NCBI GenBank assembly: GCA_963796055.1
Contig: CAWCKH010000002.1
Span: 96,001 to 160,000 of the forward strand
DNA length: 64,000 nt
Source: an uncultured delta proteobacterium
Lineage (GTDB): Bacteria; Myxococcota; Myxococcia; Myxococcales; Myxococcaceae
Direction: 5' to 3'
Shown here in pieces: positions 40,726 through 50,619 of this stretch (position 1 is its first letter; each line of letters starts with the position of its first letter). The position numbers and the translations under genes are program-made. Below the pieces are notes generated by a model that ran no database searches, was not told the origin of the DNA, and saw only the letters and a list, made by a program, of their open reading frames with translations.

Positions 40726-41008
40726 GCAGGTCGTCTCCGGGACTGCGGGTCCGGTGATCACGTGCCACGGGTGACCGTTTGTTCAGCCTCCGGGGCGACG
40801 TTCCCTGCCTTAACAAATTCGCCGGGCCGGGCTAAGCGACGAAGACGTGGAGCGGAGGTGCGGCTTCGTCCGTGGGCCAGACCGAAGGTGCGCTCCAGAA
40901 GCCGTTCGACCTGGCCGACTACCTCATCGCGGTGAGGCGACTGCTCGATCGCTGGGCGCCTCCGAGAGCGCGCGCGTAGCACGGGCGCCGGCTGTACAGT
41001 CAGGCTCG

Positions 41009-41503
41009 ATGGACGAGCTGAGAGGCGAGCCCGGAGCCAGTCCGCCCGAGAGCAGCGAGTTCGCGCGGGAGTGGAGCGAGATCCTGAACGAGATCCGGGT
41101 CGCGCTCCCCGGGGTCCAGCTGCTCTTCGGGTTCCTCCTGGCCGCACCGTTCACCGATGCCTTCCGGGCGATGAGCGAGGTCATCCGCTACGGCTACTTC
41201 ACCTGCTTTCTGACCACCACCGCCTCCTGCGCCTTCCTCATCGCGCCGTCGGTGTACCACCGGCTTCACTGGCGCCGGGACGTGCGAGACAAGGAGTTGA
41301 TGCTCCGCGCCTGCAACCGGCTGGCGATCGCAGGGGTGGTATTGCTCGCGCTGGCAATGACCAGCGCGGTCTACGTCCTCAGCCTGGTCATCGCTGGAAG
41401 GGCCGCCGCCGTGACAATCACCATCGCCGCCGGCCTCCTCTTCGCAGCGCTGTGGTTCGCCTTTCCGTTCCTGCGCCGCAGCGCCGAGCGGCAGCGGAGC
41501 TAG
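41009..41503 (+). CDS. DUF6328-family membrane protein
   Basis: EILNEIRVALPGVQLLFGFLL, LIAPSVYHR, LWFAFP. Confidence 0.88.
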   Translation: MDELRGEPGASPPESSEFAREWSEILNEIRVALPGVQLLFGFLLAAPFTDAFRAMSEVIRYGYFTCFLTTTASCAFLIAPSVYHRLHWRRDVRDKELMLRACNRLAIAGVVLLALAMTSAVYVLSLVIAGRAAAVTITIAAGLLFAALWFAFPFLRRSAERQRS

Positions 41504-41643
41504 CGATCGTCCGCGCAAGGTCTGCGCGTGGCACTCGCCGGACCGGGCTTGCGTGCGCGACCTGCCTCGCTACCTCGCGGATTTCAGGAGCGATCCTCCC
41601 GGCACGACCGATGCTCGCCTCGCGCGTCAGGAGGACATGACCG

Positions 41644-42045
41644 ATGCGCGCACCGGCGAGTCATCTGTTCCCTGTTCGGACCATGCTGCCCCGCCTCCTC
41701 GTCCACGGCCTGGCGGCCTGGGCGCTCGGCGCGGTGCTCCTCGGGATCCTGGTCTCGACCGTTCAGCTCACGGTGGCGAGCGCGCTCTTCACCTTTGGCG
41801 CACCCGCGCTGGCCGCCCCGGTTGCCGCGCACTACTTTCGGCGCGGCCAGGCCGGGGAACCGTTGACCGCCGCGATCGGGTTCACCGCGGTGGCTGCCGC
41901 CCTCGACCTGCTGCTCAGCATCGCGGTGCACGGGCAGAGGGAGCTGATGCACCCGGCCTTCGGGTTCGGGCTGTCGCTGGTCCTCATCTTCGGAACGACC
42001 GGCTTCGTGGGAGAGGTCATCTCCGAGGCCGACCGGAAATCCTAG
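41644..42045 (+). CDS. Small four-TM hypothetical membrane protein
   Basis: Four hydrophobic segments; start may be 41683. Confidence 0.65.
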   Translation: MRAPASHLFPVRTMLPRLLVHGLAAWALGAVLLGILVSTVQLTVASALFTFGAPALAAPVAAHYFRRGQAGEPLTAAIGFTAVAAALDLLLSIAVHGQRELMHPAFGFGLSLVLIFGTTGFVGEVISEADRKS

Positions 42046-42069
42046 GCAGCCTGGCAAGCGATCGAGCAC

Positions 42070-43062
42070 ATGAAACATCTGGGGAGAACACAGCCCTTCC
42101 GCGGACCGGACGGGCTGCCCGTCGCCGGCAGCATCGCCGAGGTCCGGTACCTCCGGCTCGGCGGAGTCGACCAGTGGGTGATGCTGCGGGGCCAGAACCT
42201 CGCCAATCCTCCACTGATTCTTCTCCACGGCGGACCCGGCATGAGCGAGTCGGGCCTGTTCCGTCGCTTCATTGCACCGCTCGAGAAGAACTTCACCCTC
42301 GTCTACTGGGACCAGCGCGGTGCCGGAAAATCGTTCAGCCGGAGGATTCCTCGCGCCTCGATGCGGGTCGATCAGTTCATCGCCGATCTCGACGAGCTCG
42401 TCGAGCACGTGCGTCGGCGCCTCGGCAAGGACAAGGTGGTGCTCTACGGGCACTCCTGGGGCTCTGCTCTGGGCGTGCTCTACACCGCGCGCTTCCCGAT
42501 GAAGGTCGCGGCCTACGCTGCAAGCGGACAGATCGGCGACTGCTCGGCGGGGGAGTCCGCGTCCTACGCCTTCGCGCTCGCCGAGGCGGAGCGCCTCCAC
42601 GATCGAAGCGCCCTCCGGAAGCTGCGGGCGATCGGTCCGCCGCCCCACACTGTCAGGAGTCTGTTCACCGAGCGGATGCAGGTGACGCGACTCGAACGCC
42701 ACACCGGCGCGACGTCCGCGTGGAGAATGTTTCGAGCCATGCTCGGCCGACCGGAGTCGTCGATCCTGGATTTGCCGAACATCGTGCGCGGCTTTCGCTT
42801 CTCGCTCGAGGCAATGTGGCCCGAGGTTTCCCAGCTGAATCTCCACCAGCTCGTGCCGGCGTTGCAGGTCCCGGTGTTCTTCCTCCTCGGGAGGAAGGAC
42901 CACTGGGTCCCCCCGGAGACGAGCGTGGCCTACTTCGAGGCGCTGAGCGCGCCCTCGAAGAAGCTGGTCTGGCTCGAGCGCTCCGGGCACGAAGTCTTCG
43001 TCGATGAGCCGGATGCGTTCAACGCTGCGATGGTGCAGCTGGTCCGGCCCTCCGGTTCCTGA
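42070..43062 (+). CDS. Alpha/beta hydrolase (proline iminopeptidase-like)
   Basis: LHGGPG, WDQRGAGKS, GHSWG, GRKD, SGH. Confidence 0.9.
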   Translation: MKHLGRTQPFRGPDGLPVAGSIAEVRYLRLGGVDQWVMLRGQNLANPPLILLHGGPGMSESGLFRRFIAPLEKNFTLVYWDQRGAGKSFSRRIPRASMRVDQFIADLDELVEHVRRRLGKDKVVLYGHSWGSALGVLYTARFPMKVAAYAASGQIGDCSAGESASYAFALAEAERLHDRSALRKLRAIGPPPHTVRSLFTERMQVTRLERHTGATSAWRMFRAMLGRPESSILDLPNIVRGFRFSLEAMWPEVSQLNLHQLVPALQVPVFFLLGRKDHWVPPETSVAYFEALSAPSKKLVWLERSGHEVFVDEPDAFNAAMVQLVRPSGS

Positions 43063-43140
43063 CCGACGGCCGCGCCAGCGCCAGGTGACATCCATGCCGC
43101 GCCGTGGCCAGCTGCAGCCCGAAGTCGCCGGGAGGCTGCC

Positions 43141-43578
43141 GTGAAATGGGTCACTCGCCATCGAATCCAGGTCAACCGGGCCGCGACCGCGTGGCTCGTC
43201 AAACGCTTCCTCGACCCCGGCGCGGAGTTCCTCTTCGTCGATCCCGCCGAGGTCGCCGGCGTCCAGGCGCGGGAGGGCGCCATCGGCTTCGACGCGCCGG
43301 GCGCGCGCTACCCGCACCAGGATGCGCAAGGGCGCTGCTCGTTCGAGGCGCTCGTGGACGAGCGATGCCCGGACGATGCGGACCTCAAGGAGCTCGCACG
43401 CATCATCCACGGAGCGGACCTCAAGGACCTCGGCGCAGCCCCCGAGTGTCCGGGCCTGCTCACCATCTCCCGCGGCTTCCCGCTCGTCGCCCGCGACGAC
43501 CACGAGACGATGGAGAAGACCGCGTTCCTCTACGATGCGCTCTATGCCTCGCTGAAGCAGCGCCGCGGCTCCGGGTGA
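43141..43578 (+). CDS. Chromate resistance ChrB C-terminal-domain protein
   Basis: MKWVTR...NRAATAWLVKRFLDPGAEFLFV, CSFEAL, IIHGAD, LYDALY. Confidence 0.88.
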   Translation: MKWVTRHRIQVNRAATAWLVKRFLDPGAEFLFVDPAEVAGVQAREGAIGFDAPGARYPHQDAQGRCSFEALVDERCPDDADLKELARIIHGADLKDLGAAPECPGLLTISRGFPLVARDDHETMEKTAFLYDALYASLKQRRGSG

Positions 43579-43678
43579 GACGCGGTGGCCAACAGGGGGG
43601 CGTATTGCCATCGGGTGTGAGCTTCCGCCGCCCGGATGAAGTTGCTAAGCCCGGCGTTGAGGGGTTGGTGGAGAACGC

Positions 43679-44041
43679 ATGCGCCTGAAGACTCGACTTT
43701 CCCCTCGTTCTGCCATCTTCCTCGGCATCTGCGGACTCGCGGCGTGCGCCGAGCCGCCCGTCCCGACCTCGGCCAGGGCGGCTTCAGCCGAGACACGGCA
43801 CGCTTCCCCCCGGGTCGTTGCGGCCGTTCGAGCCGCCACTACCCGCGCGCCAGGGAAGACCGAGTGGGTTCCCGTCCCCGAGGGCGGACAGCTCCAGCGC
43901 GTCACCCTCGGGGAGGGGTTCCAGCACGTTGCGGTCGGTCGTCTCGAGGCCGACGGGACCGTGTCCGCCGCGTGCGTGGACAGTGCCCCCCAGGCCGAGG
44001 CATTCCTCTCGGGGGGTGCGAACGGTGGGGCCAGCAAGTGA
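43679..44041 (+). CDS. Small lipoprotein coupled to the PA-domain peptidase (post-PEP-CTERM-1-like domain)
   Basis: LAAC lipobox; VTLGEGFQHVAVGRLEADGTVSAACV; GTGA overlap with the next gene. Confidence 0.7.
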   Translation: MRLKTRLSPRSAIFLGICGLAACAEPPVPTSARAASAETRHASPRVVAAVRAATTRAPGKTEWVPVPEGGQLQRVTLGEGFQHVAVGRLEADGTVSAACVDSAPQAEAFLSGGANGGASK

Positions 44042-45907
44042 GCCCCGTCAGGGTCGTGACATTGTTCGCGCTCCTCGCCAGCGCGGCGGCGCGGGCCAGC
44101 GCCACGCTGGTGGTCAACAATGCCGATCCGGCCGGCGTCGGTTTCAACGATCAGACGCCCGCAGAGCCGGTCGGCGGAAATCCCGCCACGACGATCGGCG
44201 GGCAGCGCCTCGCCGTCTTCCAGGAGGCTGCCCGGATCTGGGGCCAGGTCCTCGACAGCGACGTCACCATCACCATCCTGGCCAACTTCGAGGCCCTCGA
44301 CTGCGATGCCACCTCCGGCGTGCTCGGGCGAGCGTACTCGCCAAATCTGTACTCCAGCGGGACGTCGGGCATCGCCTTCCCCGAGCAGAACACCTGGTAC
44401 GTGGCCGCCGAGACCGAGCGTTTCGCCCATCGGGCGCTGCTCTCGGGAACCGGGACCGACCCCAACAGCTACGACATCGTCGCCAACTTCAACTCCAGCC
44501 TCGGAACATCGGGCTGTCTGGGCGGGGTGGACTGGTACTACGGCTTCGACGGGACGCACGGCCAGAAGATCAATCTTCTGTCCGTCGTGCTCCACGAGTT
44601 CGGACATGGGCTCGGGTTCTCCTCCTTCGTCAACCCCACCACCGGGCAGAACCTCAACGGTCAGACCGACATCTGGTCGCGCTTTCTCTACGACCAAGGA
44701 ACCGGGAAGCACTGGGTCGATCTGGATGACAGCGGCCGCAAGGCATCGGTGACCAGCAACGCGCTCGCCTGGGACGGGCCGACGGTCAAGTCCCTCGTCC
44801 CGACCTCGCTCGAGGCCGCGCTGGTGTTCAGCGTGACCGAGGCGCCCCAGACGCCGAGCGCGGTCAAGGACTACCTGAACCTCGCCGTGGGTCAGTTCGG
44901 GGCGCCCGTGGGGACGACTGCCATCACCGGGCCGGTCCGGGTCGCCTCGCCGGTGCACGCCTGCACCAGCGACGGACCCCTGCAGCCGCTCACCGGAGCC
45001 CTGGCCATCGTCGACCGAGGACCGCAAGGCGCTGCCTGCACCTTCGTGGAGAAGGCAAGGAACGCGCAGGCCGCCGGAGCGGTGGCAGTCCTGATCGCGA
45101 ATTACACCACCGGGCTCCTCCCCCCGGGCGGCAACGCACCCGACGTCACCATTCCGGTCCTCGGCATCACCCAGGAGGACGGGAACACCCTGAAGGGCGC
45201 GGTCGCCGCGGGTCCGGTGACGGGCTCGCTCCGGCGCGATCAGAGCAAGGGCTACGCCGGTGCGGATTCTCGCGGCACGGGCCCTGATGTACGCACCACC
45301 CGAGGTCCAGGTGGGTTCCTCACTCGTGCACTGGGACACCTCCGCTGCTCCCCCTCTTCTGATGGAGCCGGTCATCAGTCCGTCCCTCGCCTCGAGCCTC
45401 GACCTGACCGTTCCCCTGCTCCGGGACGTCGGCTGGTTCCTGGTCGATCTCTCCGTCAGCGGCACCGGCCCGAGCACGCTCGCCTCCGGCGCCAACGGGA
45501 CCTTCAACTTCACCGTGACCAATCCGGGGCCGTCGACCGCCAGCGGAGTGACCCTCTCCGGCGCCGCGACCGGGGTGACCTTCGTCTCCAACAGCGGGGA
45601 CTGCACGACTGCCTTCCCCTGCACCCTGGGCGATCTGCCCCCGAAGACGTCGAGGACCATCGCCTCCACGTATCGGGCGAGCTCCGCCGGCCCGGCATCC
45701 GTCGACGTCACCGTCGCCTCGGCGTCGAACTACAATCCGGCCAACGACAAGGCCAGCCTGGTGGTCAACGCATCGGCCGGAGGCGGCTCCAATGGCTGTA
45801 GCACCACCGGCGGTGCGTCGCCTCTTTCCTGGATGGCCTCATTGGTATTCCTCATCGCTCAGCGGCGCCGGTCGCCTGGTTCCGGCGTGCTGACTTCGAA
45901 GCGCTAG
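44038..45907 (+). CDS. Surface zinc metallopeptidase with PA domain, DUF11-like domain and MYXO-CTERM-like tail; +1 frameshift near 45277
   Basis: HEFGHGLG; PA motif CTFVEKARNAQAAGAVAVLIAN; second frame gives MYAP..GSSLVHWD..LMEP and GGGSNGCS-hydrophobic-RRR. Confidence 0.85.
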
Positions 45908-46800
45908 CACGCCCGGCAGTTCTGGACCTCCACCGTCACATGGCTCAGCCCCGGCACGTCTGCCAGCGCCTGCCGGCAGGCAGCGGCGTCCAGCGGCTGG
46001 TGGGTGACCAGGGCGACGATGGCCGCGTGGTGGCCGGGGCCGATTCTCCACACGTGGAGGTCGCTGATCCGCACATCGCCCGACTCGAGCCGCGATCGAA
46101 TCTGAACGGCCAGTGCGCGATCCGGCGCCACGTCGAGGAGGACCGATCCTGCCCGGCGCATCAGCCCGATGGACCAGCTGGCGATCAGCCCCGCCCCCAC
46201 CAGCCCCATCGCCGGATCGAGCCAGGACCAACCCAGGAAGTGGACGCCGAGGATGGCTCCGATCGCCAGCACCGACGTGGCGGCGTCGGCGAGGACGTGG
46301 ACGTACGCGGAGCGGAGATTGTTGTCGTGGCTCCCCTCCTCCTCGTCCTCGTGGAGCAGCGCCGCGGAAACTAGATTCACCGCCAGTCCCACGCAGGCGA
46401 TGGGCAGGGCCTCGGCGAACGCCAGCGGCACCGGAGCGATGAAGCGGCGGATGCTCTCCGCCGCGACCCCCAGAGCGACGACCCCGAGGAGTACCGCGCT
46501 GGCGAACCCGGCCAGGTCACCGACTTTCCCCGTCCCGAACGCGAAGCGCTCGCTGTCCGCGTGCCGCTTCGAGTAGGCGTAGGCGATGGTGGCGATCCCG
46601 ATCGCCAGCGCGTGGGTCGACATGTGGAACCCGTCGGCGAGCAGGGCCATGCTCCCGGTCAGCAGGCCCCCCACCACCTCGACCACCATCATCCCGAAGG
46701 TGAGCGCGACCACCCACCGGGTCCGCCGGGCGTGCTCGTCGTGCCGCGCGCCCAGGAAGCGGTGCGCGTGCGTCCAGGGTTCGAGACTGTGCTCGTGCAT
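45904..46800 (-). CDS. dmeF: CDF-family Co/Ni efflux transporter
   Basis: MHEHSLEPWTHAHRF, GSMALLADGFHMSTH, NLRSAYVHVLADA, LSHVTVEV. Confidence 0.9.
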   Translation of the reverse strand: MHEHSLEPWTHAHRFLGARHDEHARRTRWVVALTFGMMVVEVVGGLLTGSMALLADGFHMSTHALAIGIATIAYAYSKRHADSERFAFGTGKVGDLAGFASAVLLGVVALGVAAESIRRFIAPVPLAFAEALPIACVGLAVNLVSAALLHEDEEEGSHDNNLRSAYVHVLADAATSVLAIGAILGVHFLGWSWLDPAMGLVGAGLIASWSIGLMRRAGSVLLDVAPDRALAVQIRSRLESGDVRISDLHVWRIGPGHHAAIVALVTHQPLDAAACRQALADVPGLSHVTVEVQNCRAC

Positions 46801-47106
46801 CGGAGAACCTCTCACGGAGACGGGAGCGCGGAGCTGTCGCCGGTCAGCGTCTACATTCTCCGCAGCAACCCGCGAATGGAAGGTAGTCTTGGCCTCCGAC
46901 TGACAGAGCAGATCTCTGCGCGTCCTGAGGGCCCGCAAGCAAACAGTCGCCGGAATCCCCGAGGACGCAGCGGAGGTCGCTCCGAACCGGACGACCGATG
47001 GACCCCTCCCGCCCCCGGGCCAGCTCGGTCGCCGCAAGCCGCTGTCCATGGCTCGACCGGGTCGCGCGAGACCGTTTCTCCGCTTCACCACGAGTGAATG
47101 GGAACA

Positions 47107-47148
47107 CTTGACCCAGGCAAGGATATTTGTGACATCAGCAAGCATGTC
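47107..47148 (+). promoter_or_regulatory. Putative promoter and autoregulatory operator of the MarR-GNAT gene
   Basis: TTGACCCAGGCAA (47108-47120) and GTGACATCAGCAA (47129-47141) imperfect palindromes just before the ATG; AT-rich; no RBS. Confidence 0.45.
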
Positions 47149-48058
47149 CAACGTGGCCACCGTCCGGCGCTTCAATCGCTTCTACACCCGGCGGATCGGC
47201 GTCCTCGAGGAGGGACTGCTGCACAGCCCCTTCTCGCTCACCGAGGTCCGGGTCCTGTACGAGCTCGCGCACCGCGAGCAGCCCACCGCAGGCGTCCTGG
47301 CCGAGGAGCTCCGACTGGATCCGGGGTACCTGAGCCGGATCCTGCGCCGCTTCCAGACGCTGGGCCTCCTCCGTCGCGACCGCTCGGGCGACGACGGCCG
47401 GCAGCGCCTGCTGGCGCTGACCACGAAGGGACGGCGGACCTTCGACGCGCTCGACGCACGCCAGAACGGCGAGGTCGCCGCGCTCCTCTCGCCCCTGCCC
47501 TCCGGCGAGCAGCGCCGTCTGGTCGCGGCCCTCTCCACGGTCGAGCAGCTCCTCGGCACCGGCGGCGCTCCGGCCAGGGGACCCTACCTGCTCCGGACCC
47601 ACCGGCCGGGAGATCTCGGCTGGGTCGTCCACCGGCACGGTGCGCTTTACGCCGAGGAGTACGGCTACGACGAGCGTTTCGAGGCGCTGGTGGCGAAGGT
47701 GGTCTCGGACTTCGTCGAGCACTTCGACCAGGCGCGCGAGCGCTGCTGGATCGCGGAGAAGGACGGGGAGATCGTCGGCTCGATCATGCTGGTCAAGAAG
47801 TCGGAAACCGTGGCCAAGCTCCGCCTCCTGTACGTGGAGCCAGGCGCGCGGGGACTGGGGATCGGCGAGCGGCTGGTCACCGAGTGCCTTCGCTTCGCCC
47901 GGCAGGCGCGCTACCGGAAGGTGAGGCTCTACACCCATGGCCAGCTCAGGGCGGCCCGACACATCTACGAGAAGGCCGGCTTCCGTCTGATGGCCGAGGA
48001 GCCCGAACGAGGCTACGGCCCGGAGCTGGTCGCCCAGACCTGGGAGCTGGTTCTCTGA
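47144..48058 (+). CDS. Bifunctional MarR HTH / GNAT acetyltransferase
   Basis: VRRFNRFYTRRIG, LDPGYLSRIL, AKLRLLYVEPGARGLGIG, ARHIYEKAGF. Confidence 0.93.
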   Translation: MSNVATVRRFNRFYTRRIGVLEEGLLHSPFSLTEVRVLYELAHREQPTAGVLAEELRLDPGYLSRILRRFQTLGLLRRDRSGDDGRQRLLALTTKGRRTFDALDARQNGEVAALLSPLPSGEQRRLVAALSTVEQLLGTGGAPARGPYLLRTHRPGDLGWVVHRHGALYAEEYGYDERFEALVAKVVSDFVEHFDQARERCWIAEKDGEIVGSIMLVKKSETVAKLRLLYVEPGARGLGIGERLVTECLRFARQARYRKVRLYTHGQLRAARHIYEKAGFRLMAEEPERGYGPELVAQTWELVL

Positions 48059-48109
48059 CCGGAGCTGAAGTGCCCGTCGCTGACAGGCGCTCTGCCACGC
48101 ACGGCGCTG

Positions 48110-48252
48110 AGCGTTTGCGGCACGGCGGCCGCGACCAGCGTCCACGCCACCACCTGCCGGAAGCGGCGCGGATCGAGCGCGGCATGCAGCCGGTTCCCCA
48201 GCGCGATGCCCCCCACCATCGGTACCAGCGTTCCGAGCCCGACGTTGAGGTC
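48110..48252 (-). pseudogene. 3' remnant of a TauE/SafE-like permease
   Basis: DLNVGLGTLVPMVGGIALGNRLHAALDPRRFRQVVAWTLVAAAV resembles the TauE C-terminal helices; no 5' part; begins right after the upstream stop. Confidence 0.55.
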
Positions 48253-48254
48253 CG

Positions 48255-49316
48255 TTACTTCTCGAGCCGCGCCAGGATGGCACCTATCCGCTTCTTATCC
48301 GCCGGATCCTTCGCCAGCGACATGGCCTTGCTGTAGCTCTCGGCCGCGCCCTTCTTGTCGCCGGTCGTCGCCAGCGCCTCTCCCAGGCTGTCGTAGCAGT
48401 TCCAGGATTCGGGGTGGTCCTTGACGTTCTCCCGGAACAGCGCGAGTGCCTCGCTATACTTCTTCTCTGCCAGTCTCTGGTAGCCGAGGTTGTTGATGTC
48501 CGCCTCGGTGGCGAGCTTCATCGCCTGAACCCGGAGCTTGGATGCACCGTCGAGGTCCTTCTTCTTCTCCAGCAGCGCGGCCTTGGTCGTCAGATTTGGA
48601 TAGGCGGCCTGCATCCCGATGGAACGGTCGACCCAGGCGAGCGCCTGGTCCAGGTCGTAGTCGTTTTGCAGACACCACTGCGCGGCCTGGTTCCACGGCT
48701 GCCACGAGAACCGAGCGAGCCCACGGAGCTGGCTCTTGAGGCTGGCCAGGGTGATGGCCTTGGTGTCGACGGTGATCGGGAAGGAGATTTGGAGTCGCTC
48801 CCAGTCGAGGACGACGTCGGCGGAGGTCCCGGTGGGCTTCTCGAAGCGATACTCGAGACTCTCCTCCGCCTCGGCGGGTGCCGGGGTGACGGTGAGCCGG
48901 ACCGCGTCCTCCTTCGGGTCGTAGCTGAAGCTCCCCCAGGCGCTGGACACGGTGCTCAGGATGACCGTCCAGGTGGAAGGAGTGGGAATCATGTGGAGCC
49001 CGTATGCTCCCGCGGGCAGCAGCTTGCCCCCGACCGTGACCGGAGTGGAGAACGTGATGGTCGTGTTCTCGTTTGCGCCCGCCCGCCAGACCTCACCGTA
49101 GGGAACCAGCTCTCCCCAGATCTTGCGCTTGCCGACGGCGGGGCGGTGGTAGTCGACGGTGATGTCGGTGAGCCCCACCCGCTGACTCACCGAGGCGTGC
49201 GGACTCTGGTCGGGCACCGTCAGTCGCGGGGCCTGGGCCAGCGCCGTCGAGGCGAGCAGGAGCACGCCCACCGTCAGGCCAGACCAGAGGTTCATCGTCA
49301 CTCGCATGCGTTGCAT
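48255..49316 (-). CDS. DUF2911 domain + TPR secreted protein
   Basis: SPHASVSQRVGLTDITVDYHRP, VPYGEVWRAGANE; TPR INNLGY...NCYDSLGE. Start is 49316, 49307 or 49295. Confidence 0.9.
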   Translation of the reverse strand: MQRMRVTMNLWSGLTVGVLLLASTALAQAPRLTVPDQSPHASVSQRVGLTDITVDYHRPAVGKRKIWGELVPYGEVWRAGANENTTITFSTPVTVGGKLLPAGAYGLHMIPTPSTWTVILSTVSSAWGSFSYDPKEDAVRLTVTPAPAEAEESLEYRFEKPTGTSADVVLDWERLQISFPITVDTKAITLASLKSQLRGLARFSWQPWNQAAQWCLQNDYDLDQALAWVDRSIGMQAAYPNLTTKAALLEKKKDLDGASKLRVQAMKLATEADINNLGYQRLAEKKYSEALALFRENVKDHPESWNCYDSLGEALATTGDKKGAAESYSKAMSLAKDPADKKRIGAILARLEK

Positions 49317-49564
49317 GATCCTTCTCCCTGTGGGCAATCCGTACGCACCGCTGGGCTTCAGCGGCACCGTCCATGCCTGGTGAGCACCAGGTCGTACGGG
49401 AGAGCGGCCTCGAGCGACCAGCTGACTGCAGCGGGAAGCACGAGGAGTGCAGCGCATTGCCGCACGCGCCGCGACGGAGTGATTCCAGGGCGACTGGCCC
49501 CGCACCCGGCAAGCGGCGCCCGGCCGGGATGGATCTCGCCTTTACCCGTACGCGGGCGCAGGGG

Positions 49565-50068
49565 TCAGAGGCGTACCTGGATCTCGTAGCGGCGGTTCTT
49601 TGCCCGCTTGGACTCGGTGTCGTCGGGCTTGACCAGAGGCCTCTCCGAACCCATTCCCACCGCGACGATTTCCCCCTGCGGCACGCCGCGCGCGACCAGC
49701 TCCTTGACGATCACCGTTGCGCGCTTGCCGGACAGCTCCTTGTTGTGAGCGGCAGCACCGGTGGAATCGGTGTGACCCGAGACCTCGAACTTGTAGTTGG
49801 AGAGCCCTGCCGCATCGAGGCGCTTCTTGGCCTCGACGAGTACGTTGCCGAGGTTCTTCAGCTTCTTGTCGCAGCCGGGGGCCAGCTGGTCGGAATCGGT
49901 CTTGAAGCTGCACTGGTTCTTGCGAGCCTCGGCGAGCAGCTTCTGGTTGACCTCGGCCTCGACCTGTTTCGTGGCGGCGCTCCCGGCGAGCTGCTTCGCC
50001 ATTCCAAACGGGTCCTGAGCCAGCGCCGGCGCCGCACTCACCATCAGCAAGATGATCATTCCACGCAT
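49565..50068 (-). CDS. Periplasmic OmpA-like peptidoglycan-binding protein
   Basis: Signal peptide; GHTDSTG, NKELSGKRA, NRRYEI. Confidence 0.9.
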   Translation of the reverse strand: MRGMIILLMVSAAPALAQDPFGMAKQLAGSAATKQVEAEVNQKLLAEARKNQCSFKTDSDQLAPGCDKKLKNLGNVLVEAKKRLDAAGLSNYKFEVSGHTDSTGAAAHNKELSGKRATVIVKELVARGVPQGEIVAVGMGSERPLVKPDDTESKRAKNRRYEIQVRL

Positions 50069-50183
50069 GTTCGTGCCTCCGCCGAAAGGCTATCGCACGC
50101 AGGGCAGAGCGCGGCCTTCACGTCCGGAGGACAGGGGACCACATTGATTTAGAGATGCGGGTCTCGTGGGCCGATGTAACCGA

Positions 50184-50510
50184 TCATCGCCAGCGACTCA
50201 CGACCATACCCGCCGTGACCACCCCGACGCCCGCCAGCGCGAGCACGCTCGGACGTTCCGAGAGCAAGGGGATCGCCGCCAGGGTGGTGACGCAGGGAAC
50301 CGCCGCAGCGAAGAGCGCGGTCTCCCCGGCTCCGAGCGCGGCCACCGCGCGGGTGTAGACGAAGATCGAGACCGCTCCGATCAGCACGCCCTGCACCACG
50401 GCCTGCAGCAGCAGCTCCCTGATCTCGACGTGGAGGAGCGCCTTGCCTGGCCACAGCGCATAGGCCGGAAGGAAGACGGCCCCGGAGAGCACAGCGACGA
50501 TCGCCGCCCC
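50184..50510 (-). pseudogene. C-terminal third of a DMT/EamA transporter
   Basis: QAVVQGVLIGAVSIFVYTRAVAALGA...LAAIPLLSE; protein-like reading is lost upstream of about 50510. Confidence 0.75.
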
Positions 50511-50511
50511 G

Positions 50512-50610
50512 ACACAGGACGGGAAGACGCTGCTGGTTCACCGGGTGATGCGCAGCGGCAAGCTCGCCGCGCCGGTGGACTTCACCCTCATCTACCACCG
50601 GCGGGGCTGA
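50512..50610 (+). pseudogene. 3' remnant of an unidentified gene
   Basis: TQDGKTLLVHRVMRSGKLAAPVDFTLIYHRRG* with strong GC3 bias and no credible start. Confidence 0.45.
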
Positions 50611-50619
50611 CCGAAGCGT

